A DNA stretch of 64,000 nt from Phallusia mammillata (Eukaryota). The notes under the pieces are model-generated. The model ran no database searches. It worked only from the letters and a program-made list of their open reading frames with translations, and was not told the DNA's origin. How positions within the stretch are numbered: the stretch's first letter is position 1; each line of letters starts with the position of its first letter. The stretch covers positions 15,562,001 to 15,626,000 of the forward strand of contig OZ281501.1 in NCBI GenBank assembly GCA_965637545.1. The letters are read 5' to 3'. Shown piece after piece: positions 38,675 to 50,029 of the stretch. A program made the position numbers and the translations under genes.

Positions 38675-38830
38675 GCATGGTACAGATGGTGAGGCATGTC
38701 TTTGCAGTATGTTACTCCCAACAAACTGGAGTGCTGATCGAGCCAATGCGGCTCATGTCTTGTCACCAACTGCACTGATCAGATAGGGCGAATCAATATG
38801 CACTGCGTCTACACCCAACTTATCATTTGT
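38675..38830 (+). repeat. Relic of the HHR repeat monomer upstream of B2
   Basis: GGTGAGGCAT..GTTACTCCCAACAAACTGGAG..CATGTCTTGTCACC AACTGCA CTGATCA GATAGGGC GAA TCAATATGCACTGC..ACTTATCAT. Confidence 0.7.
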
Positions 38831-38930
38831 TTGCTCGACGCTTTTATATTTTTACATTATAGTTGTCACAATTAAAGTATGTGCTTTTTTAGTTTTGGTT
38901 TTACTTATTTGGTAATGTTTATCAGCAAAT

Positions 38931-40343
38931 ATGGCAAATGAATGCGGTCTTATGGAATCAACCGCTTCTCTTAATTCACGTCCGGTCAAAGAAACCACAG
39001 AACAGGAAATCAATTCGTATCCGAGCAGATGGTTTGCAGCTATTCTGATGTTTACAGTTGGTTTTTGTAGAGGTTGGGTTGCATCATGCTACCCCTCAGT
39101 AAACGATGTCCTTGCTAAATATTTCCAAGTCCTGCCGTGGCAAATAGACTGGCTGGTGATCTCACAAGCAGTTGTGTTTGTCCTTTGTAGCGTTCCGCTG
39201 TCGTTTCTTATGAGCAGTGTAAACTACAGAACCGCATTCATTCTTATGACCTCGTGCCAAGTTGTGGGGGTGCTTCTTGTAGACATGTCATTTTTGTCAC
39301 AGCAAACTTTTGCCCTGGCAATTGTAGGACAGACTGTGTCAGGAGCCAGTAACATCCTTGCAATGTCTTTGGTTCCCAGCACAGCCGCTGTATGGTTTCC
39401 AGCCAACGAAATTGGCCCAGTTGTATCTTTTTGTATAGTAGGATGGGGACTGGGTGAAGCTTTTGGGTCGCAAACAACTCCACTTTTAGTGAAAATGGAC
39501 CAAACGTCGTCCACAGTAAGGTTCCGTATGCTTTTTCTACTCGGTTCAGTTGGGTTAGTCCTGATCATATGTTTAATAGCAGAAGTTTTTTTTCTTAAAA
39601 GTCGGCCCCCTACCCCACCGAGCATAGCCCAAGCGAAACTGATAAAATGTCACGAGACAACGAGGAAAGTAAGTTTCACGGAACAACTTGTTCGTTTCAA
39701 GGATCTAATGTTGAAACTGTATACCGACCGTTATTTTCTAACGCTGTGGTCAGTGTATGGCCTTTGTATGCCAATTATGAGAAGTTACACCATTCTTCTT
39801 TCCTCTATTCTGCACAAACAGTTTCAAAAAGCCTCTGGTTTAAACACTAAAGCAGGATTGGTGCTTATGACATCCTGGGTTATGTCAATATTTGGAAGTT
39901 TGGTTGCCGGGCCCTTAGTCACTAAAACTAAAAGATACAAAGCTATAGTAGTAGCCTGTTTGGCCACGCAAACTGTGTCGTGCATGTTAGGCCTTATGGG
40001 TGCTCAATTGTCGAACTTTGCTGTGATTTATTCTGGAATGGCAATACTTGGATTTGTTACTGGTTCAGCGTCTGTTGCTCTCTATGAATTACTCGTAGAA
40101 GTTACCTACCCATCCTCCGTTAAACAAGTTTCAATGTTGGCGATGATTGGTGTCGGAATAATGAGACTTTTGTACCCGGTGATTGGACGAACGTTGTTGT
40201 CATACGTCAGTGCTTCAGCATCTGTCTGTTTTCCGATGATCACGACATTTATTGCCGTGGTCTTAGTTGCTTCGCAGACTCTGCCATTCCATAGGCTAAA
40301 CGCCGAACAGTCAGAATTGGAACTACTACTGGAAAGGCAGTAA
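38931..40343 (+). CDS. Intronless SLC49/FLVCR-like MFS transporter, subfamily B (B2, 470 aa)
   Basis: Intact ORF with WQIDWL, AAVWFPANEI, RPPTPPSIAQA and EVTYP motifs. Confidence 0.9.
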   Translation: MANECGLMESTASLNSRPVKETTEQEINSYPSRWFAAILMFTVGFCRGWVASCYPSVNDVLAKYFQVLPWQIDWLVISQAVVFVLCSVPLSFLMSSVNYRTAFILMTSCQVVGVLLVDMSFLSQQTFALAIVGQTVSGASNILAMSLVPSTAAVWFPANEIGPVVSFCIVGWGLGEAFGSQTTPLLVKMDQTSSTVRFRMLFLLGSVGLVLIICLIAEVFFLKSRPPTPPSIAQAKLIKCHETTRKVSFTEQLVRFKDLMLKLYTDRYFLTLWSVYGLCMPIMRSYTILLSSILHKQFQKASGLNTKAGLVLMTSWVMSIFGSLVAGPLVTKTKRYKAIVVACLATQTVSCMLGLMGAQLSNFAVIYSGMAILGFVTGSASVALYELLVEVTYPSSVKQVSMLAMIGVGIMRLLYPVIGRTLLSYVSASASVCFPMITTFIAVVLVASQTLPFHRLNAEQSELELLLERQ

Positions 40344-40711
40344 CACTTTTTAGATCAACTTTGACACCCTTGTATTTGGCCACCATTGGCTGTTTTATGT
40401 TACACTTTTATTAATTTCAACATTTTGCTGCTTTATGAGTGTTGGTACACAACAGTTTTTGCATATATGTTATCGTTTCTTGAAAATGTACTGGAATAAG
40501 TGAATGTTTTTATGTTTTTAATAGTCAACCTTTGTTGTTGAAACCACTTTACGCATTGTTTTACCACAATACAAAACTACTAAATACTAACACAGAGTAA
40601 TTCAAAACCCACGTAACAGCATCACGATTTTAATGGAACAGGATATGGTCACAAAACAACGTTTTCCCAAACCGGATACCACAACATGCTGCCCCGATTT
40701 GACTGCCCTAT

Positions 40712-42198
40712 TTAGCAGTTTTCCCTGGCAAAGATCCAGCTGTGCCAGAAGCTCCATTTACTTTTGTATTTGTTGATACATGAACCGAATGCTCGGTCGC
40801 AGTAACAAGCGTCTCTGCCCAGTGATGCACCTCCAGCTGGTAAAGCATGAAAGTTAAAATTGGTTTGCAACCATTTTATTCTTGCTTGCCTACAGTTTGT
40901 GTAGGGGTGAGTATATCAGACAAGTCGTTGTTATAAGTGATAGAAAGATTTTGCACTCGTTACAAGTTCAATTTTTTAGATCCTATATCATAAACATAAC
41001 AAATTTATTAAAACAGTGAGATTTGAAACACTTTGCGTGCTAAACATGTTATAACTTAAACCTAAAATTGTAAAACATCAACAAATTCAGTTTCTCTGTT
41101 TACGTCCTAATTCGTTTGATGTTTTGTTATAAGTGGGATTTAAATTGACTTTAAGTGGGGAATTTGACATGACTTCGAAAAAGTGGTACGGATTGCATAG
41201 ATATTGAGATACTTGGACAAAAAACGCGAGATTGTTTTGCGATTAACCCTAAACTATACCGAAGCAAAGGTCATGCACGGTAGGTAGACATAAATAATAC
41301 TTACAACATGAGATTCTGCGATTCTTACAAGAAGCAGTGTAATATGTGTTGAAAGAGTAAGAGGCTTTCCAAACAGAGGAGCGACCATGTCTACTCGAAG
41401 CCGCATTTAAGCAAACGTCGTGTGCTTTGCAGCATCTGCATTAAAACAACACAAAGTGTTAACGTCTACATTAAATGATATAGTCTATACGTTACAAAAG
41501 CTATATTGTAATCTTTAACTTGAAAACAAGAGACTAATACTAAGACCAGCGCTTTAAGACGATGATGCTCTTCGCGTATAGTTTGTGTTTTATACTGACA
41601 TAGAAATAGCGTAGAGATGTGGCGGTCGTAATAAAGCAGGTCATAGAGCCACTTTCGTATACTCTTAAAATGCTGGTCAACCCTATTACTTTGCTTTGGG
41701 TTTTGTTTCTTTTTTTCCTTTTCATAACATTAGGATCACTTATGCACCGTCTGCCTTACAATGTACTCGCTATAGACATAAGTTTTCTTGTAATGAGCTT
41801 TAACTTGCGCTGTTTAACGATTTTAGGTACAACTTACTTGTCAATTTTGTCAACGGTTCTTCCCGAGCCACCAAACCCGCACCAGCAACCGTACCTGGAA
41901 TATTTGCCCATGATAAGCAAACTATTACCAACATTAAAAGATTTGCCTTGGTAGCAAGATACCGCATAAGCCAAATTGACAAAGGCGGTTTCTTTTTGAT
42001 CCGAAACCTCATTTGCAGAAGGAATTTCCTGATCAATGGAATCTACCTGTTGTAACCAATGAAATTGGTTAGATTAATTATCCACAGGCCGTGAACTCAA
42101 GCAAAAATACAACTTACGTCTAACAGTTCGTCTTCAATAGGGAGACCACGACAATAGGAGGAGACAAACAAAATTATAGCCCACGTTAAATAATTCAT
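40712..42198 (-). CDS. Secreted phospholipase A2, 4 exons: 42198-42118, 42046-41838, 41435-41305, 40836-40712 (181 aa)
   Basis: Hand-spliced with GTAAGT donors and CAG acceptors, phases 0/2/1, no stops: signal peptide MNYLTWAIILFVSSYCRG, acidic pro-segment, Ca loop YGCWCGFGGSG, active site DKCCKAHDVC, and CYCDRAF; 12 Cys after the signal peptide. Confidence 0.92.
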
Positions 42199-43369
42199 CT
42201 TTTAAGTATAATTAGGCTGACCTTAAAGTAATTATAAGACATGTCTACGTAAAAGCAGTTAAATTTTAAATTTATAAATGTAAACTTTTTAGGTATATGA
42301 CAGTGTTTCCCTAACCTGTTTCCCAATGTCTCTCATTCAATATATATGCCTTATCCTACAAAAATTGCAGCTGAGGATGTTTAAAACACCAATAATGTGA
42401 TTTAAACATGCTACCAAAGGGTCAATTAACTCAAGACCAACATAAATTCTTTAACACAGTCAAATGATCCTTTCAGGAATCTTCAGACTGCAATAGACTA
42501 CTACCTACTGATCTAAAACTCAACTTGACACATATACGTTTTAGCGTCGCTTGTACTCAAATTAGTGTTTAGTTTATTACAGAGCTGGTCTAAAACATAT
42601 TGTGCTGAACCTGTCACGTTTTCTTCAGGCGTCTCTATTGATAAGAAGATTTCACAACATTAGCAGAAACGCTTCCTGCACAAAGCATTACAAGGAATGA
42701 CTCATTTTATTGAGTTGTTTTATTACTACCCTTAAATAATCATGGATTTTCGAATAACTAACACAAATTTGTTTTAGTTTTTTTAGAAAAAGATAGCACA
42801 CTGTAGAAACAACAAATTAGTTAAGTGTTATTTCTGAATTTTAAATGTTTGACTTTTTATAACCAGTGAAAAAAGTAAGGTTAACCATGATCATGAGCCG
42901 CAACGAATTTAATTGATTGCTTTATACTCACACATAATCGAACAATTTCACCTACAAAAAATTTGTTAATAAAACAAGTTAGATAGAATAACATGTATTT
43001 CATTTTTACAATGATAATGAACTTTTAAACACACTCCACAATAATTTTGCAATAGCAGGATACTAATACAAGCTCATGGCTAAAATTGTCCACTGTATAG
43101 CGGCTGTTGTGTTACATCTTTTGTTTACCATAAGCTCTATTGATAGGTGAAACCATTAACCAGCACAATTTAACATTCAATCAATTGTCGCAGTATGATG
43201 TAAATGTATTCTACCACGTTGGACATTGCCAATGCTAATTAAATATTACCGTGTCGCCTGTCAATAACCAATTTTGAGGTAAAGATTTGAATTGCACATC
43301 TACGTTGTTGCATCATCTAAGTCCAGGAAAATGTTTCGGCTGCTCATGGCTTTGAAGAAAGCTGATTGG

Positions 43370-43512
43370 TTACGATTCTTCATTATGGTTGCATTGTACC
43401 ATAGCCTCTGATTCTTGGCGATTGAATAGCATCTTTATGAAGGGTAACAAAAATGTCGGTAACGTAAGGAAAAACAACATACGAGCAAATGGCGTTAATG
43501 GTTCAAACTTGG
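43370..43512 (-). pseudogene. 3' tip of a subfamily C MFS gene
   Basis: Reverse complement reads KFEPLTPFARMLFFLTLPTFLLPFIKMLFNRQESEAMVQCNHNEES*, homologous to the end of 44515-45936. Confidence 0.75.
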
Positions 43513-44514
43513 AATGCTGTGAAAACCATGAAAGTATTTGTCACAGCAAAATCCTACTTGTTTTCAAGGTTGCTTCTCGCATGTTAAAGGTTTGAAGGTT
43601 GATGCCTTAACTATTACCGGTAAAGTGAATATTTTTGGGAATTATTTAGACAATGTCTACAACAAGCGAGACAACTCAACTTAGTGGGTTTTCTAATTAT
43701 CCTAAAACATATTTTACGTGATATTGTTTCGTGTTGTTTCTTGTCGAATAACTACAAAAGGTGAAACGAAAATTGTAGCTTGGGGCAATAAAACCTTTTT
43801 CAAACTGTTGTTTCTTGCGTTGCGACATTGGCTTCAGACTAAATTCACTTTAATTGCTAAACAGCCTATCTAAAGCGAATTCTTGTAACTTTTTCGAAAA
43901 AATGGAGCTAGATTTATCAGTTTAGGTAGATTTCTGTTGTTTTTATGTCCATGTTTGGCAGTTTGACTAAAGTGGTGCATGTTGCTCATATTTAAGAATG
44001 TTGGTTTGCATGAAAAGCATATGTTCTCCACAGACAAATTAGCTATTTGTAGATTGTGTGAATCATTTATAAATACAATAAAGCCGTTGTTTCTCCACGG
44101 CTTGTTAAAGAAATTGTAATTAAAAACATTGGTGTAAAAGTGAATAGTACCTGACTGTTGATCAAGACTCAGCGAATAGGATTCGATAGCCAAAGGCATT
44201 CCAGTCAAATATTTAGAATTTTCTAAATCAAATAAAACTTTTTCTTGCCCGCGGGGCTAATCCGGTATACTTCATGATAACAAACAGTTGCCTTAGCAAA
44301 ATAAACCAATTATTTGGTAACGTGTCCGAAGCAATGCTAATAAAATGTGTGCACATAATAAAGATGCAAGTACAAAATATAAACAGACTTTTTTAATAGT
44401 AGCGTTTTTGTTTGTGTTTCAAATTTGCAACCGTTTTGTCATGACGGATTTAAGTTACCTGATCAAATTAGTTTAATTGGACGCTGTTTTACAAAATGTA
44501 GCCAAGGACGTTTA

Positions 44515-45936
44515 ATGGAAACACGAAATGAAAGAAAGCCTTTGATTAATCCAATCTCTGAAGAAAATGAAGATAAACGAAAGAAATGGAATGAAGAAAT
44601 TATAAAACCATACCCTGAAAGATGGTTAATAGCTTTCATCACGTGTGTTGTGTCTAGTATGCGGACTTTTGTGTTGGCAGCATATGGTCTCACCAACAAT
44701 GTCATGGCCAAATTCTTCCATATGGCACCTTGGCAAATTGACTGGCTTTCTAATGTACGGGCTTTAACGATGGTATTAGTTTGCGTACCGCTGTTGTTTG
44801 TGCTGAGAAGATACAGTGTGAAAGCATCTGTTGTTGCAATGGTCTTATGCTCCGCTATAGGCTTATCTCTGACCTGTTTAGCAGTTTCAGTACAACAGGG
44901 ATATTTAATAGCCATTTCTGGTCAGGTATTGTCAGCAATATCCACAACGATTCACATTCCACTGAAAAGCTCAATCGCTGCTGTGTGGTTTCCAGACAAC
45001 GAAATCGCCTACGCCCTTGGTGTCATGTTTATAGGCCGGTCTCTTGGAGAAGCTAGTGGTGCTGTGGTTGCCCCATACTTGGTTTCAATCAGTGATAGTC
45101 CATCAACAATCCGAATGCGTTTGTTGGCGGTCTTTGGCTCATTTACCATCGCTACATGGGCTGTCCTTGTGTTTGTTGTGTTTTTTATTAAACCACGACC
45201 CAAGCACCCTCCAAGCATTGCTCAAGCAAAACGATTGCAGTCAGAAAATCAAAATGAAAACACCAGCATTAGAGAAGAGTTAACGAAGTTTAAAGAAGTG
45301 CAACTCACACTTTTGACCAATGTCCACTTTTTAACAGCGTGGTTTGCAAGAATGGTCATCGCTTCAGTACCTCGATGCGCAACCACTTTGCTATCATCGA
45401 TATTACAAGCAAACTTCAGCAAGAACGCAAATACCAACGTCCACGGAGGCTTCATGATCATGGGCCTTTGGGTAATGACCATTGTGGGCTTTTTCTCTGC
45501 AGGACCTTTGTTGAGCACAACTGGACGTTATAAAGCAGCGGTGGTCGTGTCTACTGGCCTGGCAAGCGTTTCTTACATTCTTGGGATAGCTGGAATCGAA
45601 ATTTCGTCATTAGCCTTGGTTTATACAAGCCAAATATTTGTTGGACTTTTTGTTGGTGTTGCAATAGTGAGCGCTACAGAACTTGTGGTCCAAGTTACTT
45701 ACCCAACCCGCATAACAGATGCATTTGTACTCAATGTGATTGGTGTAGGAATAATGTGGGTTACTCAAGCCACCTTTGCCAGAATATTACTAGGAAAGTT
45801 TGGAGCTATCGCGCCATTTGCTCTGGTGTTGTTTTTCCTAATGCTACCCACGTGTTTGTTGCCCTTCATAAAGATGCCATTCCATCGCCAGAAAGCTGAA
45901 GGTCTAGCACAGGACAACTCTAGTGAAGATCATTGA
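44515..45936 (+). CDS. Intronless SLC49/FLVCR-like MFS transporter, divergent subfamily C (473 aa from the first ATG)
   Basis: The track start at 44425 is TTG; ATG at 44515 (METRNE); family motifs intact. Confidence 0.9.
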   Translation: METRNERKPLINPISEENEDKRKKWNEEIIKPYPERWLIAFITCVVSSMRTFVLAAYGLTNNVMAKFFHMAPWQIDWLSNVRALTMVLVCVPLLFVLRRYSVKASVVAMVLCSAIGLSLTCLAVSVQQGYLIAISGQVLSAISTTIHIPLKSSIAAVWFPDNEIAYALGVMFIGRSLGEASGAVVAPYLVSISDSPSTIRMRLLAVFGSFTIATWAVLVFVVFFIKPRPKHPPSIAQAKRLQSENQNENTSIREELTKFKEVQLTLLTNVHFLTAWFARMVIASVPRCATTLLSSILQANFSKNANTNVHGGFMIMGLWVMTIVGFFSAGPLLSTTGRYKAAVVVSTGLASVSYILGIAGIEISSLALVYTSQIFVGLFVGVAIVSATELVVQVTYPTRITDAFVLNVIGVGIMWVTQATFARILLGKFGAIAPFALVLFFLMLPTCLLPFIKMPFHRQKAEGLAQDNSSEDH

Positions 45937-47300
45937 ATAACCAGTCGATAGTATACCTTTATTATGCGTTGTCTTTAAACCACAACTTTTTACTGATGTA
46001 ACAATACTTTGATTGCCTATACAGGTGCTCGTATTCGGAAAATGACTACTAGAAGAGGTCAGAGAATACAAAAGAGAAGTGACAAGTTATACTACTGAGT
46101 GTTGATGTAGTGAGTATGTTTTTCCCTGAAAATACGAAAAAGGCGCACCGCATCAACCACTATACAGACAAGTATAATCAGCAGCTTGCAAAAACATATC
46201 TTATCAATGTGTTGATCATGCCAATTAACATCCCATGGTATTTGAAGTTTCACAATAGATATTTTGCTTTTATAACCTTTCTTATCGTTGTAAAAAGTTC
46301 CAAATGAAATGAAAATTGTAGTTTGTGTTTGTTAATCTAAGTTCACTGGTTTCATTATCTTGATTTATTCATAGCTGGAAGTGTTCAGTTTTGATTAGTG
46401 CGATCAAAAAGAAATTAATCAACTACGTTGCTCATGCCCAATAGTTTACGGTTGCTTATTTATTCAGACATTTCGGAACCAGAACGAAACCTAAACCGAT
46501 TTGCTTTTGTCTTGTTGAGGCCTATTTTGTGGCGCTTTGAAATATGAGTGCGAGTTAAAAAAATCATGAGAAAAAGGTATTTTTGAATCCACGATTAGTT
46601 GGGGAAAGTAAATGAGGAGCAGGGTGAGTCATCTTTATGACTTGCATTTTACAGGAAGCGTTTACACTGGTTGTTAAATCTACTTAAAAATAGAGTCTAC
46701 TAAAAAAACGTGACATGTTGTGCACAGTATGTTTTAGACCAACTCTGTGCAAAACCAAACACTAATTTGTGTATAAACGCCACCAAGACGCAAGCATATA
46801 CCTCAAGTGAGGTTTTTCATGAGAATACTCACCTATAGGTGGTAATCTTTTTTTCAGTCTCCAGATTCCTGAAATAGTATTTTTAATTTGTTTAAAAGTT
46901 TCTTTTATTCTTGAGCTGAGCTCTCTTTGCTTTAACACGCAATGTTTTTCGGCAGCGTATTAAATCACATAATTGGTGTTTTGAAAATCTTTAGCTAAAT
47001 CTTTTCAAGGATAAGTCGTAACTTATATGTTAAATGGTAGACATTGAAAATTTTCATGTAATCTTGCGAGGCGTAAATAAAAAGGTTGGAATCTACACTA
47101 GACTGAGAGTTTTGTGCTTTTAAATACGTTTACACATCTTGTAATTTTATAAGAGCCGGACTATAGTGAGATATAAGTTATTTTACACTTGTCATCATTT
47201 TATTTACCGTCTCCAACTGTCATGGTCTTCCTATTGAAGACGAACTGTTAGACGTAAGTCATATTTTTGCTTGAATTCCCAACCTGTGCACTATCTAACC

Positions 47301-47834
47301 CAGTGGTTCTTAACCGGTGGGAAATTTCCCACTAGTGGGAAATTTAATGTTTTTAGAGGGAAATTATGTGAGTCAGAAGTCACCAAACTCGGGCCCGTGG
47401 TTTGAAATTAACCGTTGAAAGTTAATTTAATACAATATTTTCCGCAATAACATGTAAGTAAGATTAACTTCACCTAGTTTTACAAGGAGTTACGTCACAG
47501 ACATTACTAAAAGTATCAATGACTTTGTTATTGTTCGGGAATAAATGCATTTGATCTGTTGATTGTGCTGCAATAAATGACTAATTCAAGCACATGAGAT
47601 TTTTCAAAATTCCACACGATTTTACTTTCTCACGAAATCACTATGCAAACTAAATAAGATTGCAGTATACCTTTAAGGTCCCGACCAAATCGCTTCACAA
47701 AATTATTTCGATTAAAGAATATTTTTTTGTTAATGTTGGGCACAAAACATCATTATAAAAATAACAGAGGAGGAAATTCGAACTTGGTGATTTACTTTAG
47801 TGGGAAATCACACCAAAAAGGTTAAGAACCACTG
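47301..47834. mobile_element. hAT-type MITE in PLA2 pseudogene intron 1
   Basis: TIR CAGTGGTTCTTAACC / GGTTAAGAACCACTG; perfect TSD ATCTAACC. Confidence 0.92.
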
Positions 47835-48387
47835 ATCTAACCTATTGCACCTGAAAAAACAGGTAGATTTGATCAGGAGATTTCTTCTGCAAATAAGTTT
47901 TCGGATCAAAAAGAAACCGCCTTTGTCAATCTTGCCTATGCGGTATCTTGCTACCGAGGCAAATCTCTCAATGTTGGTAATAATCTGCTTTTCATTAGCA
48001 AATATTCCAGGTACGGTTGCTGGTGCGTGTTCGGTGGCTCCGGAAGAACCGTTGACAAAATTGACAAGTAAGTTATACCTAAAATCCTTCTTAGTGTGGC
48101 TCAAAACAACACCCAAGTTAAAGCTTTTTATAAGAAAGCTTATGTGAGTACATTGTGAGGCACAAGATGGATAAGTGATCCTAATGTTAAGAAACATAAA
48201 TGAGCAACAAAACCCAAAGCAAAGTATAAAGGCTTACCAGCGTCTTAAGAGCATACAAAAGTGGCTCTTTGAGCTGCTTTCTGTTACGACCGCCACATCT
48301 TTGCGCTGTGTCTATTGCTGTATCAAATATAAACAACACGCGGAGAGCATCATCGTATTAAAGAGGGTGACTGGTATTAGTTTACGC

Positions 48388-48687
48388 CAGGCCATATGCG
48401 GCCCGCGACGACATTTCAAGTAGCCCGTAACCGTTGTTTCAAATTTCTTAGCGGTTGGCCCGCCATATTTGAATCATAGGGTTTTGGGTTGTGCCGACTT
48501 GCGTTTACCGGTAAAAAGAAAGTATACACGGTGCTGACGAAACAAAATCCCACAATTTCCTTGTATGCCGTATATTTTGTGTCATAATAGTCTGGTTAAA
48601 AATCAAAACTTTGCAAATAAACGTTGGCCTGCGGGCGTCGGCACCTGAATAAAATTGGCCCCCATTAAAAAAGTTTGGACATTCCTG
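48388..48687. mobile_element. hAT-type MITE in PLA2 pseudogene intron 2 (reverse copy of the 3675-3997 family)
   Basis: Interior is the reverse complement of 3675-3997; TSD GTTTACGC / GTGTACGC. Confidence 0.8.
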
Positions 48688-50029
48688 GTGTACGCCTTTT
48701 GCTTTCAAGTCAAAGATCACAGCCTAGATTTGGACATGTGTATCATTTGAAAGGACATCAACACAAATACGCTGTTTTGATGCAGATATTGCAAAGCACA
48801 CGACGTTTGCTTAAATGCGGCTTCGAGTCGACATGGTCGCTCCTCAGTTTGGAAAGCCTCATATTCTTACAACACATATTACACTGCTTCCTGTAAGAAT
48901 CGCAGAATCTCGTGTTGTAAGTAAGATTTATATCTACTCATAATGCATGATCTTTGCTTCGTATAGTTCAGGGTTAATTGCGAAACGTTCCCGCGTTTTT
49001 TGTACAAGTATCTCATTATCTACGCATTCCTTACAACTATTTCGAAGTTGTGTGAAACCGTTAATTCAATCCCACTTGATAAACATTGGTTTGAAAACTT
49101 TACAAATCACAGGAAAATGAATTTTACAGCAACCAAAGCATCACAGATCTCGCTGTTATAATAAATGCGTTTTCTTATTGATTTAAAGGCTTTAAAAATT
49201 ACCATATAACGTGTGCATTTTTCTCCTACTTATAACAAAAAAAATCGTAGAAAAAATACCTACCCCCTACATAAAGTGTTGCAACCAACTTAAACCTTTC
49301 TGCTTTACCAGCTGGAGGTCCATCACTGGGCAGAGACGCATGTTACTGCGACCGAGCATTCGGTTCATGTATCAACAAGTACAAAAGTAAATGGAGCTTC
49401 TGGCACAGCTGGATCTTTGCCAGAGAAAACTGCTAAGAGTCAAGTCGGGGCAGCATGTTGTGGTATCCGGTTTGAAAAACGTTGTTCTGTGGCCACATAT
49501 CATGTTCCATTAAAGTCGTGATTCTGCTGCGTGTCCTTTTGTTTTACATTTAGCTTCAAAATACACTTTTTGCTGACCAGTGTGGGTTTTGACTTGTGCT
49601 AACTGTTTGAAAGCAATTCTGTATCATAATTTGACAGTTTTTTTGCGTTGTGATAAAAATATGCGCAAAGTGGTATGAAGTGAAAATAATGCTAACTAAA
49701 ACAAAATACACATTCATTTATCTCAATACGTGTACATATAAGCAAAACAAGTTGATTTTTTGCAACCATTTGTCCATTTCCTGTTTGGGGAACTATGATA
49801 AAGCAGCAAAATTGAGTGTAACATAAAACAGCAAAGGGTGGAAATTTCAATCGACTACCGAAGCAAAAGAGGCAGCCAATCACTTAAGCTTACTAAAGCT
49901 TTGTTACTTCAGAGAGAGGCTGAAGTTCAAAACACAACACACTGTTTGTTATTTACTATCTTTAAATGCGTCATGTCCGTAGAAGCTAAACGATAATTAA
50001 TTGCTTCTTGTCGTGCTAATATGAAAGAG

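Larger units (their letters stand above)
47173..49436 (+). pseudogene. Secreted phospholipase A2 pseudogene; exons 47173-47253, 47863-48067, 48786-48916, 49312-49436
   Basis: Inverted paralog of 40712-42198: ATG>ATA, 4-nt deletion at the start of exon 2, Ca-loop Gly>Val (WCVFGG), CC>YC, MITEs in introns 1 and 2. Confidence 0.88.

Noticed and set aside
41436-41837. PLA2-like peptides (KAHYKKTY, YDRH) inside intron 2 suggesting a decayed extra exon
   Set aside because: The matches are short and in inconsistent frames, and the true exon 3 is at 41305-41435.
41800-48197. ORFs 41800-42036, 47845-48147 and 47808-48197
   Set aside because: They are off-frame or antisense readings of PLA2 exon 2.
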